From assembly GCA_963745075.1 (NCBI GenBank), contig CAVUWV010000022.1, forward strand, positions 1-30,470: a stretch of DNA of 30,470 nucleotides. Reading direction: 5' to 3'. The stretch comes from Candidatus Hydrogenedentota bacterium (lineage in GTDB: Bacteria > Hydrogenedentota > Hydrogenedentia > Hydrogenedentales > SLHB01). The position numbers and the translations under genes were made by a program. The notes beneath the pieces were generated by a model that saw only the letters and a list, made by a program, of their open reading frames with translations, ran no database searches and was not told the DNA's origin. Below, piece after piece: positions 19,876-28,905 of this stretch (position 1 is the first letter of the stretch; every line of letters begins with the position of its first letter).

Positions 19876-21248
19876 CTACCATTTCATTGTCTCTTCGCCG
19901 ACAGTGTCTTTGCCTACCTCGCGTTCCGTCGATGCTCTTGCCTCGTCGGACACTTCCGCATCATTCTCGTACATAGCCCAACGGATAACTTCTCTAAAAA
20001 AAATCTCGACTTGCCCTTTTACCGCAAGCGCTTGCCGACGCAATTCCTTCTCCAAAGTTAGCCTCGTATTTAGCGCCTCAATACACGCCGCAACTATCTC
20101 TTCAGTCGACATATAACGAGCATCCAGGACAGCAGCTTCCGCCCCCACAGTTTTAAATACGCCACGGAACTTTTTACTGTATGCAATTCCTATCGTCGGA
20201 ATCCCTTGCGACAACGCTGCTATACATGCGTGCATTCTTGAGCCGATAAACATGTCGCACCGTCCAATAATCCCCTTGACCTCTTGCTCCCCATAGTTCC
20301 CCGTCAATATATGAATTCGCTTCCCGTACCTGCTTTTCAACAAGGCATACAATTCCATCCCTCAGTTATGTCCGACTCCTTACTATCCCCAAGTACGTGA
20401 GGAATCAGTAAGATTTCCACGTTCGGGCGTGTTAGTAGTTCGCAAATCAAAACATTCATTACTTGTTGGTAACTCTCGCGCAAACCAAATCTATTCTTCT
20501 TCCGGTCACCTCCGGCGTAAAGGAGCCCACTCACATTTACACCCACCACTATTTGTCCGGCGCCCTTAGCAAAATCTGGTTCAAATTTACTCTTAAGAAG
20601 CCCACCTACCGGAAGGGAAAACGCAACATCCGGCGAGTGTTTCACAGGAACGTCATTGGGACTGCCAATTAGTTCGACCGCGATTCCTACACTACTAATG
20701 TCTCGACCAAATATCAGTGCCGACCTTCTAAGGACAAATCCACCCATTCTTTTGGCTATTCTCCCGTCAAAGGGTCCATATGTTTGTGGCAACATAATCA
20801 GCGGCTTTTGAAGGAGAAGTACTATGCAATTCTCAATCGTTTGGAGTGTTAGCCGCACGATGCCGTAAAGATCTGTGAAGCTATCCCCTCCGTGTATCTG
20901 GCCTACGAATTCAGCTTCGGCTATGGCCCCGATCCAAGGTACATATGATTCTATTCGATGCCTCACACTACGAAGCCGCACTAGTCTATGCATTACTGCA
21001 AGCAACAAGATGCCAACTACATTCTCCGGTAGTTTCGCTAATGGCGAACGACGATAATTCAGAACACGAACTGGGACCTTTTTCTCGTCAATTTTCAGTT
21101 CGAATGTTGAAGTACGTTTGTCCGTGTATAGTAAAGTGATTTCCGCTTCCGGCCTCTCATTTACGATCCCTCGGATTAGGGATACTGTGAGAGCCCGGCA
21201 CCCCAGGTTTCCAACGTGGAGTCGGGCTCCCAAAATGCATACTTTCAT
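19876..21248 (-). CDS. Polysaccharide pyruvyl transferase family (WcaK-like); one frameshift as sequenced
   Basis: GNLGCRAL, GGDSFTDLYG, LPQTYGPF, RD, PDVAF, IPHV; frameshift at the G run ~20359-20361; then IGSRMHACIAALSQGIPTIGIAYSKKF. Confidence 0.9.
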
Positions 21249-21463
21249 CGTGTATCAGCCTCGCTCAACATTCTATCTCCCCTGAACGACGCCTGCTCAC
21301 GGCTTGCTATAGCCTCTAAAACGTCGTAAAGCTGACGGAAAGACGCGCCACCTATAGAATTAACACAGAAATGGAATGAACTTAATTCGGTGGGGTCCCG
21401 ACGCCCATTTACGCGAGAAAATGGGTCTACTTTCGCCGCATATGTCAACGTTGATGTGTCCAT
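21245..21463 (-). CDS. Possible small hypothetical protein (72 aa)
   Basis: Fills the gap between wzx and the pyruvyl transferase, and its TGA overlaps the next ATG. No clear SD or recognisable motif. Confidence 0.3.
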   Translation of the reverse strand: MDTSTLTYAAKVDPFSRVNGRRDPTELSSFHFCVNSIGGASFRQLYDVLEAIASREQASFRGDRMLSEADTR

Positions 21464-21491
21464 GAATAGTCTGCTTTATAGATCCTGAAGC

Positions 21492-22946
21492 TTAGTTCGC
21501 GGGAATCCATATCCTCTTTCTTATGTCTATCACAAGCGAACCAATTCTTCCCATCGTGAACGGATACCATTTTTGGAAGATCGCAAAACAGATCCCGCCC
21601 CACACCAAAAACCCGATTGCACCAATCAAAAGTCTCAATCCACCGGTCGGGAGAAAGATTGTAAACGTTGCCAGACTCATTCCGACGATCGGTACGAAAA
21701 GTGGCTCATAGCAAATCGACGCACGCGTTCCGTGTCGGAGACAAAGTATTTGATTTGCAGCCACGAGTGTGGCACATTCCGCAAGCGTCGCGGCTGCAGC
21801 TATCCACGCAAGATCGGATCCCGCGTATGCTAGCGCAAAAGCAAGTCCCACTCCGACCAGCCGGAAGACGTTGGAAAGTAGTGCGCAAGTTGTATCCCCC
21901 TTTGCCATCGCCGTAAGAATCGGCGCCAGCCTCACAAGTCGAAACGCTTCCGCGGCACCCAACAAAGCCACCAAGATACCGGCATCGACGTACTTGGCCC
22001 CGTAAACAAAGATGACAAATGGCCTACCAAATACGATAAACATCGGCCCGACTAGGCTAGCCAGGATGACCATGATACGCACCGTATCTCTGTACCTCTC
22101 GACAAACACGTCCCTTTCGTCTTGCGTCCTAGACAAGACTGGCAACAAAACACCTTTCGATACCACAACGAGCGCGTTACCGGCAGCAGCCACGAGACCT
22201 ACCGCGACCGAGAAGGTCCCCAAGGCGCTCATCGAGTAAAACGCGCCGATAGCAATACGGTCTCCTTGGGTTATTACGAATAATAGTATTCCATTTATTA
22301 GAAGGGGCCAGCCAAAGCTTAATACTTCGCGAAGGCAGAATTTGTGCCAACCCCACCGGTACCTTCGTTTGGATAAACAATGTGAAGCGATAAGCGCGAA
22401 CGCTGCTTTAATAAGCAATAGCCAAAGAAGTGCGGAATAATCGCGAAGCCATACTGCCATCGGCCAAGCGGCGACTGTAATCGCAATCTGAGGAGCAACC
22501 TCCGTCAATATCTTTGGGCGGAAGTTCATTTCACGCTCGAGACGGTTTATGTCAAGGTGTACAAACCCCTGAATTAACGGGACAAGCGCCAGGTACTGGA
22601 ATGCCCATCGGGCCTCAGGTATACCAAAATAGTAAGAAACCGGGGATGCCAGGAGAAACAGCACTATGGCATTTATCACTCCACGAATAGCTTGAAGTGT
22701 GTGGGCTGTGTTTTCAAACCGCTCATCGTTCCCGTTCTTTGACTGTACCATCAGCACATTGACAGACATATTGCTCGCCATTTCCAGCATCGTCGTAGTA
22801 ATTGCAAAGGTGGCGGCAATACCGAAATCTTCTTTGCCCAGAAGTCGGGCCAATATAGCAAGGCGTACAAAAGAACAACCATTGGACAGGATTTGACCGA
22901 CGGTCAAGTCAACAGTTCCCCGTACACCTTTCCTGAGTGTGGACAT
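21492..22946 (-). CDS. wzx: Oligosaccharide flippase (Wzx), copy 1
   Basis: LARLLGKEDFG, SFGWPLLING, VYGAKY; multi-TM 484 aa protein. Confidence 0.9.
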   Translation of the reverse strand: MSTLRKGVRGTVDLTVGQILSNGCSFVRLAILARLLGKEDFGIAATFAITTTMLEMASNMSVNVLMVQSKNGNDERFENTAHTLQAIRGVINAIVLFLLASPVSYYFGIPEARWAFQYLALVPLIQGFVHLDINRLEREMNFRPKILTEVAPQIAITVAAWPMAVWLRDYSALLWLLLIKAAFALIASHCLSKRRYRWGWHKFCLREVLSFGWPLLINGILLFVITQGDRIAIGAFYSMSALGTFSVAVGLVAAAGNALVVVSKGVLLPVLSRTQDERDVFVERYRDTVRIMVILASLVGPMFIVFGRPFVIFVYGAKYVDAGILVALLGAAEAFRLVRLAPILTAMAKGDTTCALLSNVFRLVGVGLAFALAYAGSDLAWIAAAATLAECATLVAANQILCLRHGTRASICYEPLFVPIVGMSLATFTIFLPTGGLRLLIGAIGFLVWGGICFAIFQKWYPFTMGRIGSLVIDIRKRIWIPAN

Positions 22947-23031
22947 CGTTTGTCTCTCTGTCGTTCTATTGTTGCCAGGTATGTGTGATCAGACAAAACT
23001 CGTATTGGCAATCAACGGTCACTAACTCTCT

Positions 23032-24105
23032 CTACTTCGCCATCACCTCTAATTCATCGACTTGTGCCCACTCCATCGGTAGTTTTAGCTCGATCGGCAC
23101 GCGGGCGCCGTTGTTCTTTAGAGATTCTGACGAAGCTTCGAGAATCTGGACGACGCGAAGGCCTTCGATTCCTCCCGAGAGGCACTTTTCGCGTCCGTTG
23201 ATGCAGTCGAGGAAGTGCTGGCACTCGGTGCGCAGGGGTTCCACCTGCTTGACGTAGGGCGAATACATGTCGCCGTAGTGATAGGAATAGTGAAACTCCG
23301 CGAAGGAGTCGTAATGGGGCGGCGTTTCGACGCGTTTGTCGTATATCTTAATCTTTTCCAGCGGCTCGAGATCGTTGTACAGCAGCATTCGCCGGCTACC
23401 GACGACCGTCATGTCACGGGTCTTGTTCGGATCGAGCCAACTGCTGTGTATCGTGGCGAACCCGCCGTTTGCGAAGTTCAGCGTCATGGCCGTTACATCT
23501 TCGATGTTCTCGGCCACGTGGGCCTTACCCTGGCAATTGACCGAAGTCGGGTTCTTGCCCAACAGGTACAGAATGATGGAAATATCATGAGGCGCTAAGT
23601 CCCATGCCACGTTGATATCTTTTTGGAAGAGACCGAGATTCAGGCGCCTGGCGCTGATGTACTGTACTTCGCCGAGGTCCCCGGAATCGATGATCTCTTT
23701 AATCCGCCGCACGACAGAGGTGTACACAAATGTATGACCCACCATAAGTGTTCTGCGGTCGTAATTCGCGATCTCGATCAGTTCGCGGCATTGCTCCGAA
23801 GTAGCTGCCATCGGCTTTTCGATGAAGGTATGCTTTCCCGCGAGCAAACTGCGTTTGGAGATCTCATGGTGCATGCTGACAGGTACCGCAACTACAATCG
23901 CGTCCAGTTCATTGTCTTCGATTACGTCATCGATTCGGGTCGTTGTTTCCGTGCTTGGATATAGATGTCTCATATGCTGAAGACGTACCTCGTCGAGGTC
24001 GCACACGACCTTCACGGCAGCGTCCTCCAAGGCATTGAAGTTGCGAACCAGATTGGGTCCCCAATACCCGCATCCGATGACACCTACCTTCACCTGCTTA
24101 TCCAT
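23032..24105 (-). CDS. Gfo/Idh/MocA oxidoreductase (WbpB/WlbA-like sugar 3-dehydrogenase)
   Basis: GCGYWG Rossmann motif, EKPMA, VGHTF, WDLAPHD, EPLRTECQHF. Confidence 0.92.
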   Translation of the reverse strand: MDKQVKVGVIGCGYWGPNLVRNFNALEDAAVKVVCDLDEVRLQHMRHLYPSTETTTRIDDVIEDNELDAIVVAVPVSMHHEISKRSLLAGKHTFIEKPMAATSEQCRELIEIANYDRRTLMVGHTFVYTSVVRRIKEIIDSGDLGEVQYISARRLNLGLFQKDINVAWDLAPHDISIILYLLGKNPTSVNCQGKAHVAENIEDVTAMTLNFANGGFATIHSSWLDPNKTRDMTVVGSRRMLLYNDLEPLEKIKIYDKRVETPPHYDSFAEFHYSYHYGDMYSPYVKQVEPLRTECQHFLDCINGREKCLSGGIEGLRVVQILEASSESLKNNGARVPIELKLPMEWAQVDELEVMAK

Positions 24106-24808
24106 TGTTCACCTCCGCCCTCTTCGCCTGGTAATCCTGCAACTGTCTACAGATTGCCGGTACAGTCAAAATCAATATCTTGGTGTCCAGCAGAATCGAA
24201 CGCTCTCGGCTGTATCTAATGTCAAGAGCAACCATTTCACGGAAGGTCAGTCGATTCTTGCCGCTGACTTGCCACAGACCTGTCATTCCTGGAACTACGT
24301 CAAGGCGTGCAAAGTGCCATCTACAGTACTCCCGCGCTTCATACTCGATGGCGGGACGCGGACCGACGAGACTCATTTCACCGCGGAGCACATTGATGAG
24401 TTGTGGAATCTCGTCAATGCACGTTTTCCGAATTACCGAAGCAAACGGGATGAGTCGCGGGTCGTTCGAGTCGAGCTTGACCATTGGTTTCAAAGTGCGT
24501 CGCGCGACGGGATTCCCCGCTTGCGCGATGATCTGCGTCATGTGCTCCTTATGTAATTCCGAGTCCCCGTCGATGTGCATGCTGCGGAATTTCCACATGA
24601 TAAATTGCTCACCGTTGAAGCCCACGCGTTTACTCTTGAAGAATACGGGGCCTGGAGAAACGCACTTGATGTACAGGGCTACCACCGCAAAAATGGGGAG
24701 CGAGACGGCCAGTCCGATAATGCTTCCGAGGATGTCCATGGAACGCTTCCACAAGGGGAGTTCCCCCCCGAAGAGCCGGTTACTGGCGACGTATGTGATC
24801 GAGGCCAT
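24098..24808 (-). CDS. Priming sugar transferase (bacterial sugar transferase / phosphoglycosyl transferase)
   Basis: KRSMDI, KFRSM, DPR, DEIPQLINVLRGEMSLVGPRP, PGMTGLWQVSG. Confidence 0.95.
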   Translation of the reverse strand: MASITYVASNRLFGGELPLWKRSMDILGSIIGLAVSLPIFAVVALYIKCVSPGPVFFKSKRVGFNGEQFIMWKFRSMHIDGDSELHKEHMTQIIAQAGNPVARRTLKPMVKLDSNDPRLIPFASVIRKTCIDEIPQLINVLRGEMSLVGPRPAIEYEAREYCRWHFARLDVVPGMTGLWQVSGKNRLTFREMVALDIRYSRERSILLDTKILILTVPAICRQLQDYQAKRAEVNNG

Positions 24809-24819
24809 TGGTCATCCTT

Positions 24820-25311
24820 TCACGGGTTGTCGGGCGTGGTTTTCGCAAAGCGATCGTCCGACCAGAAAAACACCTTGCATGAGATCTCCGGAAGGTGCTC
24901 ATTTGCCTTTACGTGGGCCTGAATCCGCTTGTGAAAGAGTTCTTCGATACTGTTTACAAGCGCCGGAATCGCGTCGCGCGAGGTGTCCGGCAGGATTAAC
25001 CCCACTCCTCCGCGATAGTGGCCGGGAACGTCCATCAATCGAGTCCGTTCGCAGATGACGCGCGAGAGAATCTTCCAAAGTAGCCCGTTGGCCGGGATCC
25101 GTATGTCTTTCCCTTCGAGATGCATGTTGAGAACGGTAAACACGGAGCCCGTCCGTTCAGCGCGGGCCCGTTCCCGCAGCAATTGCTGCTCGAACTGGGT
25201 TTCACCAAGCAGATTGGCGCCGAGAACCTGTTGGGTCAGACCGGATTGCGCCCAAAACCCGTTCCACAGTCCCGTTTTTCCGTTTCCGTTATGTCCACTC
25301 ACGCCTACCAA
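24820..25311 (-). CDS. Degenerate GGDEF-like domain protein
   Basis: FEQQLLRERARAERTGSVFTVL...RLMD...GLILPDT follows the GGDEF-domain pattern without the GGDEF motif. GGAGG upstream; start is TTG 25311 or GTG 25302. Confidence 0.7.
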   Translation of the reverse strand: MVGVSGHNGNGKTGLWNGFWAQSGLTQQVLGANLLGETQFEQQLLRERARAERTGSVFTVLNMHLEGKDIRIPANGLLWKILSRVICERTRLMDVPGHYRGGVGLILPDTSRDAIPALVNSIEELFHKRIQAHVKANEHLPEISCKVFFWSDDRFAKTTPDNP

Positions 25312-25382
25312 GTCCTCCCCACATCGCCGTTTACATCACTACAGAAATCTCACGAGCTACCACCCTTGTGCTCCGCCAAATG

Positions 25383-26108
25383 TTATAAACGTTTGTAGAT
25401 GAACTTTGGGATATGGTGCCGCCGCCTGTTGATAACGACGCCAACGAGCTTTCCCCCTCGCGCTTTGAGTTCGTCGCACAGTTTCCGAGCAACTTGCCAG
25501 CGCGTGACTTCCGCCTGCACAACCAAGACGACGGCGTCCGACTTGGACGCGAGCGCCAACGCGTCAGCGGATTTGGTTTCAAACGGAGAATCAACCAAGA
25601 TGTAATCGAAACGTTCTTTAAGCTCTTGTGTCACGTCGTGAAACAACTCCGTCGATACCAACGCGGAAATGGCCATGCCGTTATTCGAAATTTTGCCCAG
25701 GAAAAGTGAGTTGCTATCCGTCGGGCGCAGAATATCTTCGATCTTCTCCAATCCGTGGATCAGGTCTTCATGTTCGGCGCATTGATCCAAACCAAAATGG
25801 GCAAAATGACCGCTATCTCCCCGGTTCGCGTCAAGAAGCACGACGCGTTTTCCGAGACCGGTACCCAGCAGGCCTCCAAATTCGCGCGCCACAACAGATG
25901 ATCCGTCACCCGCGCTCGTGCCCAAAAATGTAACCATTCGGCACTCCTGCTCGCCTAAGTCCGCTGATATCCGATCGTAGACGGACATAAGTTTCTCCTG
26001 AATAGGCTTGCCAATCGTGCCTTTCACCGGGGTGGAGATGGGTTCTTCAAAAATCGGCGGTTTCTTTTCCCGTGCCGCCCGTTCCAACGCGTCGTAGATC
26101 CTAGCCAT
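25383..26108 (-). CDS. CpsD/CapB-family tyrosine-kinase-like protein with degenerate Walker A
   Basis: Start MARIYDALERA overlaps the ATPase stop. GTSAGDGSS, VVLLDAN, FDYILVDSP, DAVVLVV.AEVTR, GVVIN. Confidence 0.85.
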   Translation of the reverse strand: MARIYDALERAAREKKPPIFEEPISTPVKGTIGKPIQEKLMSVYDRISADLGEQECRMVTFLGTSAGDGSSVVAREFGGLLGTGLGKRVVLLDANRGDSGHFAHFGLDQCAEHEDLIHGLEKIEDILRPTDSNSLFLGKISNNGMAISALVSTELFHDVTQELKERFDYILVDSPFETKSADALALASKSDAVVLVVQAEVTRWQVARKLCDELKARGGKLVGVVINRRRHHIPKFIYKRL

Positions 26109-27297
26109 CTGTTTCACCTTCTGCATCGCTTTCGATATAGGGGGAAAGGGATGCCTTCGCAATTTCGTTCTCACATACGCGCAACTCGACAGACTCCGCG
26201 ATAAAAACACTCTTTGGAAGTCCAAGTTTCGCTCGATATTGTGTTTCCGGCGTTGACGGGCCGGATACGACCACGGCAGGACCCACACTATCCTGCTGTG
26301 CCCGTTCTGTTTCTTCAGTAGTACTTTCGGCCCGTGTATCACCACTCTCGCCCGCGTCAGCTGCAGCTTTCCCGCGAGAAACTGATGTCGCCCAGAAAAG
26401 CGCGCTGAAGAAGATGATCGCAAGGATGATCGCGGCACCCGCCACACGAACCGCAAGTGGTCTTGCCCACAACACGCCCCGGGCCAGCCTGAGGTCGGGA
26501 ATGGCTTCCGCGACCGTGCTTGCCGATATCGCTTTCTCGTCATTTGCGTAGCCTGCGATGAGCACGTTGTCACACACGATGTTGATCAGCCGTGGATTTC
26601 CTTTTGTGTAACGCCATATCAATCGCAGGGCGGCATCCGTGAAGACCCCGGCGCGGTCATGCCCCGCGTTGGCGGCTTTCCTCATCCGGTATTGGATGTA
26701 CTCACTGGTCTCGGCGCGGTTAAGGTTGCGAATGGAAGCACGGACTGCAATTCGTTCGCGCAACTGGCGAAGGTCATACCTGGCGAGCATCTGATCGAGC
26801 TCGGGTTGGCCGCACAAGACGATCTGCAAGAGTTTGTGTTCTGCAGTTTCAAGGTTCGAAAGGACTCGTAGTCGTTCCAGTGTTTGCGGGGGAATTCGGT
26901 GCGCTTCGTCCACGATCAGTACTACGTGCCTGTCGTTTTGATATTGGTTGATCAGGTATTGGTGAAAGTGCCGTACCGCTTGGTTTAGGCTGACACGCGG
27001 CAATGGGATTCCAAGCTCCAGAAAGATCGTCCGTAAGAACTCCTCGAAAGAGACCTCTGGATTGAAAAGGTACGCAACTACGACGCGTTCCGGGTTGATC
27101 TTCCTAAGAAGTGCCCGCAGAATGGTTGTCTTACCGGATCCCACATCACCGGTGATCGCGATAAAGCCCCGGCGGTATTCGATGCCGTACAACAGGGATG
27201 CCAAGGCTTCCTTGTGACTGATGCTTAGAAACAAAAAGCCCGGGTCCGGTGTAACACCAAACGGAGGTTTCGCGAGGCCGTAGTACCTCAAATACAT
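26101..27297 (-). CDS. ExeA-like AAA ATPase (EPS/XrtA-associated type)
   Basis: MYLRYYGL..PF..TPDP.FLF, GDVGSGKTT, LIVDEAH, LCGQPEL, GNPRLINIVCD; C-terminal TM helix. Confidence 0.92.
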   Translation of the reverse strand: MYLRYYGLAKPPFGVTPDPGFLFLSISHKEALASLLYGIEYRRGFIAITGDVGSGKTTILRALLRKINPERVVVAYLFNPEVSFEEFLRTIFLELGIPLPRVSLNQAVRHFHQYLINQYQNDRHVVLIVDEAHRIPPQTLERLRVLSNLETAEHKLLQIVLCGQPELDQMLARYDLRQLRERIAVRASIRNLNRAETSEYIQYRMRKAANAGHDRAGVFTDAALRLIWRYTKGNPRLINIVCDNVLIAGYANDEKAISASTVAEAIPDLRLARGVLWARPLAVRVAGAAIILAIIFFSALFWATSVSRGKAAADAGESGDTRAESTTEETERAQQDSVGPAVVVSGPSTPETQYRAKLGLPKSVFIAESVELRVCENEIAKASLSPYIESDAEGETDG

Positions 27298-28866
27298 TCT
27301 TTGTACTCCCGCTCCGGAATCACCGTCAGAACCGGCAAGTTGAGATGTTTTTCCACGTCCGCATCGTTTCTCAAGGTGTCATCAAAATAGTCAAGAACAC
27401 ACGCTAGCCCTACGGCCCCGAATACGCCCAAGAACAGTCCTAACATCAGGTTCCGAAACTTCTTGGGACGAATCGGCGCCATCGGCAACGTGGCTTCTTG
27501 CACGACGCTCACATTCGACACCCGGGCCAAGTCGAGTGCTGCATAAGAACTCGCCCTGGAAACGTTGTCTTTATAGCGAAGATATTCCTCCTCGGCAGTT
27601 TGTACGGCCCGCTCCAAACGCTTCAGCGATACTTCCTGACTTGACAAGTCTTGAAGTTTTTCTTTTGTGGCCGCCAACTCTCCTGTGAGTGTCTTCCTTC
27701 GTGCCTCGTCAGCCTTAAGCGCTGCGGTTTCCGTTTCGATCTGCAACTCGAGCGCTTGATAGTTCGAATCGATTCCGATTGTAGTTTGCGTGGTTGTTGC
27801 CGGCTCTTGCGCCAACGAGCTTTCGAGCTGGGCGATTTTTCCTCTCAGTTCGACGAGCGGCCGATACGAGTCGGCATATAAGGATTGAAGCTCCTTTTCA
27901 TCGAGCTTCAGCGAAATGAGTTGTTGCTTCAGCGCGTCCGCCACCGCGTTCGGAGTCCCCGTGCTATGACTGGTTTCTATCCTCTCGTCGCGCCCTCGAA
28001 TTGCGTCCCGCAAAGCAGTCAACCGCGCTTGACAAGCATCCTCCTCCGCACGAGCATCAACGATACTAGTTTCCAGCATGCTGGTAGCATTGATGAGATC
28101 CTGCTTTTGGTCCTCCAGGGACGCCAGATGATGTTCCTGACGGAACGCCTCCAGTTGGTCCTCGTGGGCCGAAAGCTTTGCAGCGAGCGCTTCGAGATTC
28201 TTCTGGAGAAACTCGGGGGACGCTTGAGCGGCGTGCACCTCGACATGCCGGTCGAGAAATGTGTTTACGATTTCATCCAGGATCGTCTGGGCTAACGCCG
28301 GCGAAGTGGCATCAAACGTGAGTTCAATTGTTGAAGCATTGACAGTTGCCCCCAGACTTTGCACGATCATTCGAATCGCGTTGTTGTGCAACGCTCGTGC
28401 CGCATCCTCTTGTGATTCTCCGTCAAACGCGCTGTTGGCCGAGTCGCTTCCAGAGTCCTTGGCCGATTCTTCCGGTACTGGCGCGCTACGCGAGGAATCT
28501 GCCTCGCCCGCCGTTCTTTCCTTCGGCATGGCCAGTATGGTGTCGACACCGAGATTGCTGACCACCTCCTCGGCGATATGCTGGCTTGTGAGAATCGACA
28601 ATTCGGATTTCACGACGTTCCGGGAATTGGGGCACACCACCCATAGTCGGACCCACCACGGATGGGTCGACGGACATGCTCTCCCGACCAGGCCGGACGA
28701 GAATTGTGGCTTCTGATTCAAAGATTTCCTGGGCTGTTAGGATATAGATCGCGGCGGAACTTGATACCAGGACGAAGAAGGCCAGCATCTTCCATTTGTA
28801 GCGAAAGATCGTGCTCAGCACTTCCCGGAATGCGATCTTGACTATCTCACCATGTCTTTCCGACAT
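27288..28866 (-). CDS. Polysaccharide co-polymerase (Wzc/GumC-type chain-length determinant); one frameshift as sequenced
   Basis: N-terminal TM (IFRYKWKMLAFF...ESEATILV), frameshift ~28615-28640, KSELSILTS, long coiled coil, NVSVVQEA..P..PIRP, second TM, DDTL...LNLPVL..IP. Confidence 0.88.
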
Positions 28867-28905
28867 TGATCCCGCTCCCTCACCAATTGCCCGCAAAAAG
28901 AGCTT

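Noticed and set aside
24800..24830. Frameshifted fusion of the GGDEF-like ORF and the sugar transferase
   Set aside because: Both frames have a TGA at the junction, so one indel cannot join them, and the transferase has its own SD. Fused homologues may still exist elsewhere.
24180..25058. Long plus-strand ORFs (this 292 aa one, also 2354..3085, 5216..5815, 7479..8117)
   Set aside because: Antisense shadows of well-supported minus-strand genes with no recognisable motifs.
26109..26573. N-terminal extension of the kinase-like ORF; similar extensions at 13102, 13695, 14459, 15432 and 6051
   Set aside because: They overlap upstream genes or lack an SD; internal starts with SD or stop/start overlaps fit better.
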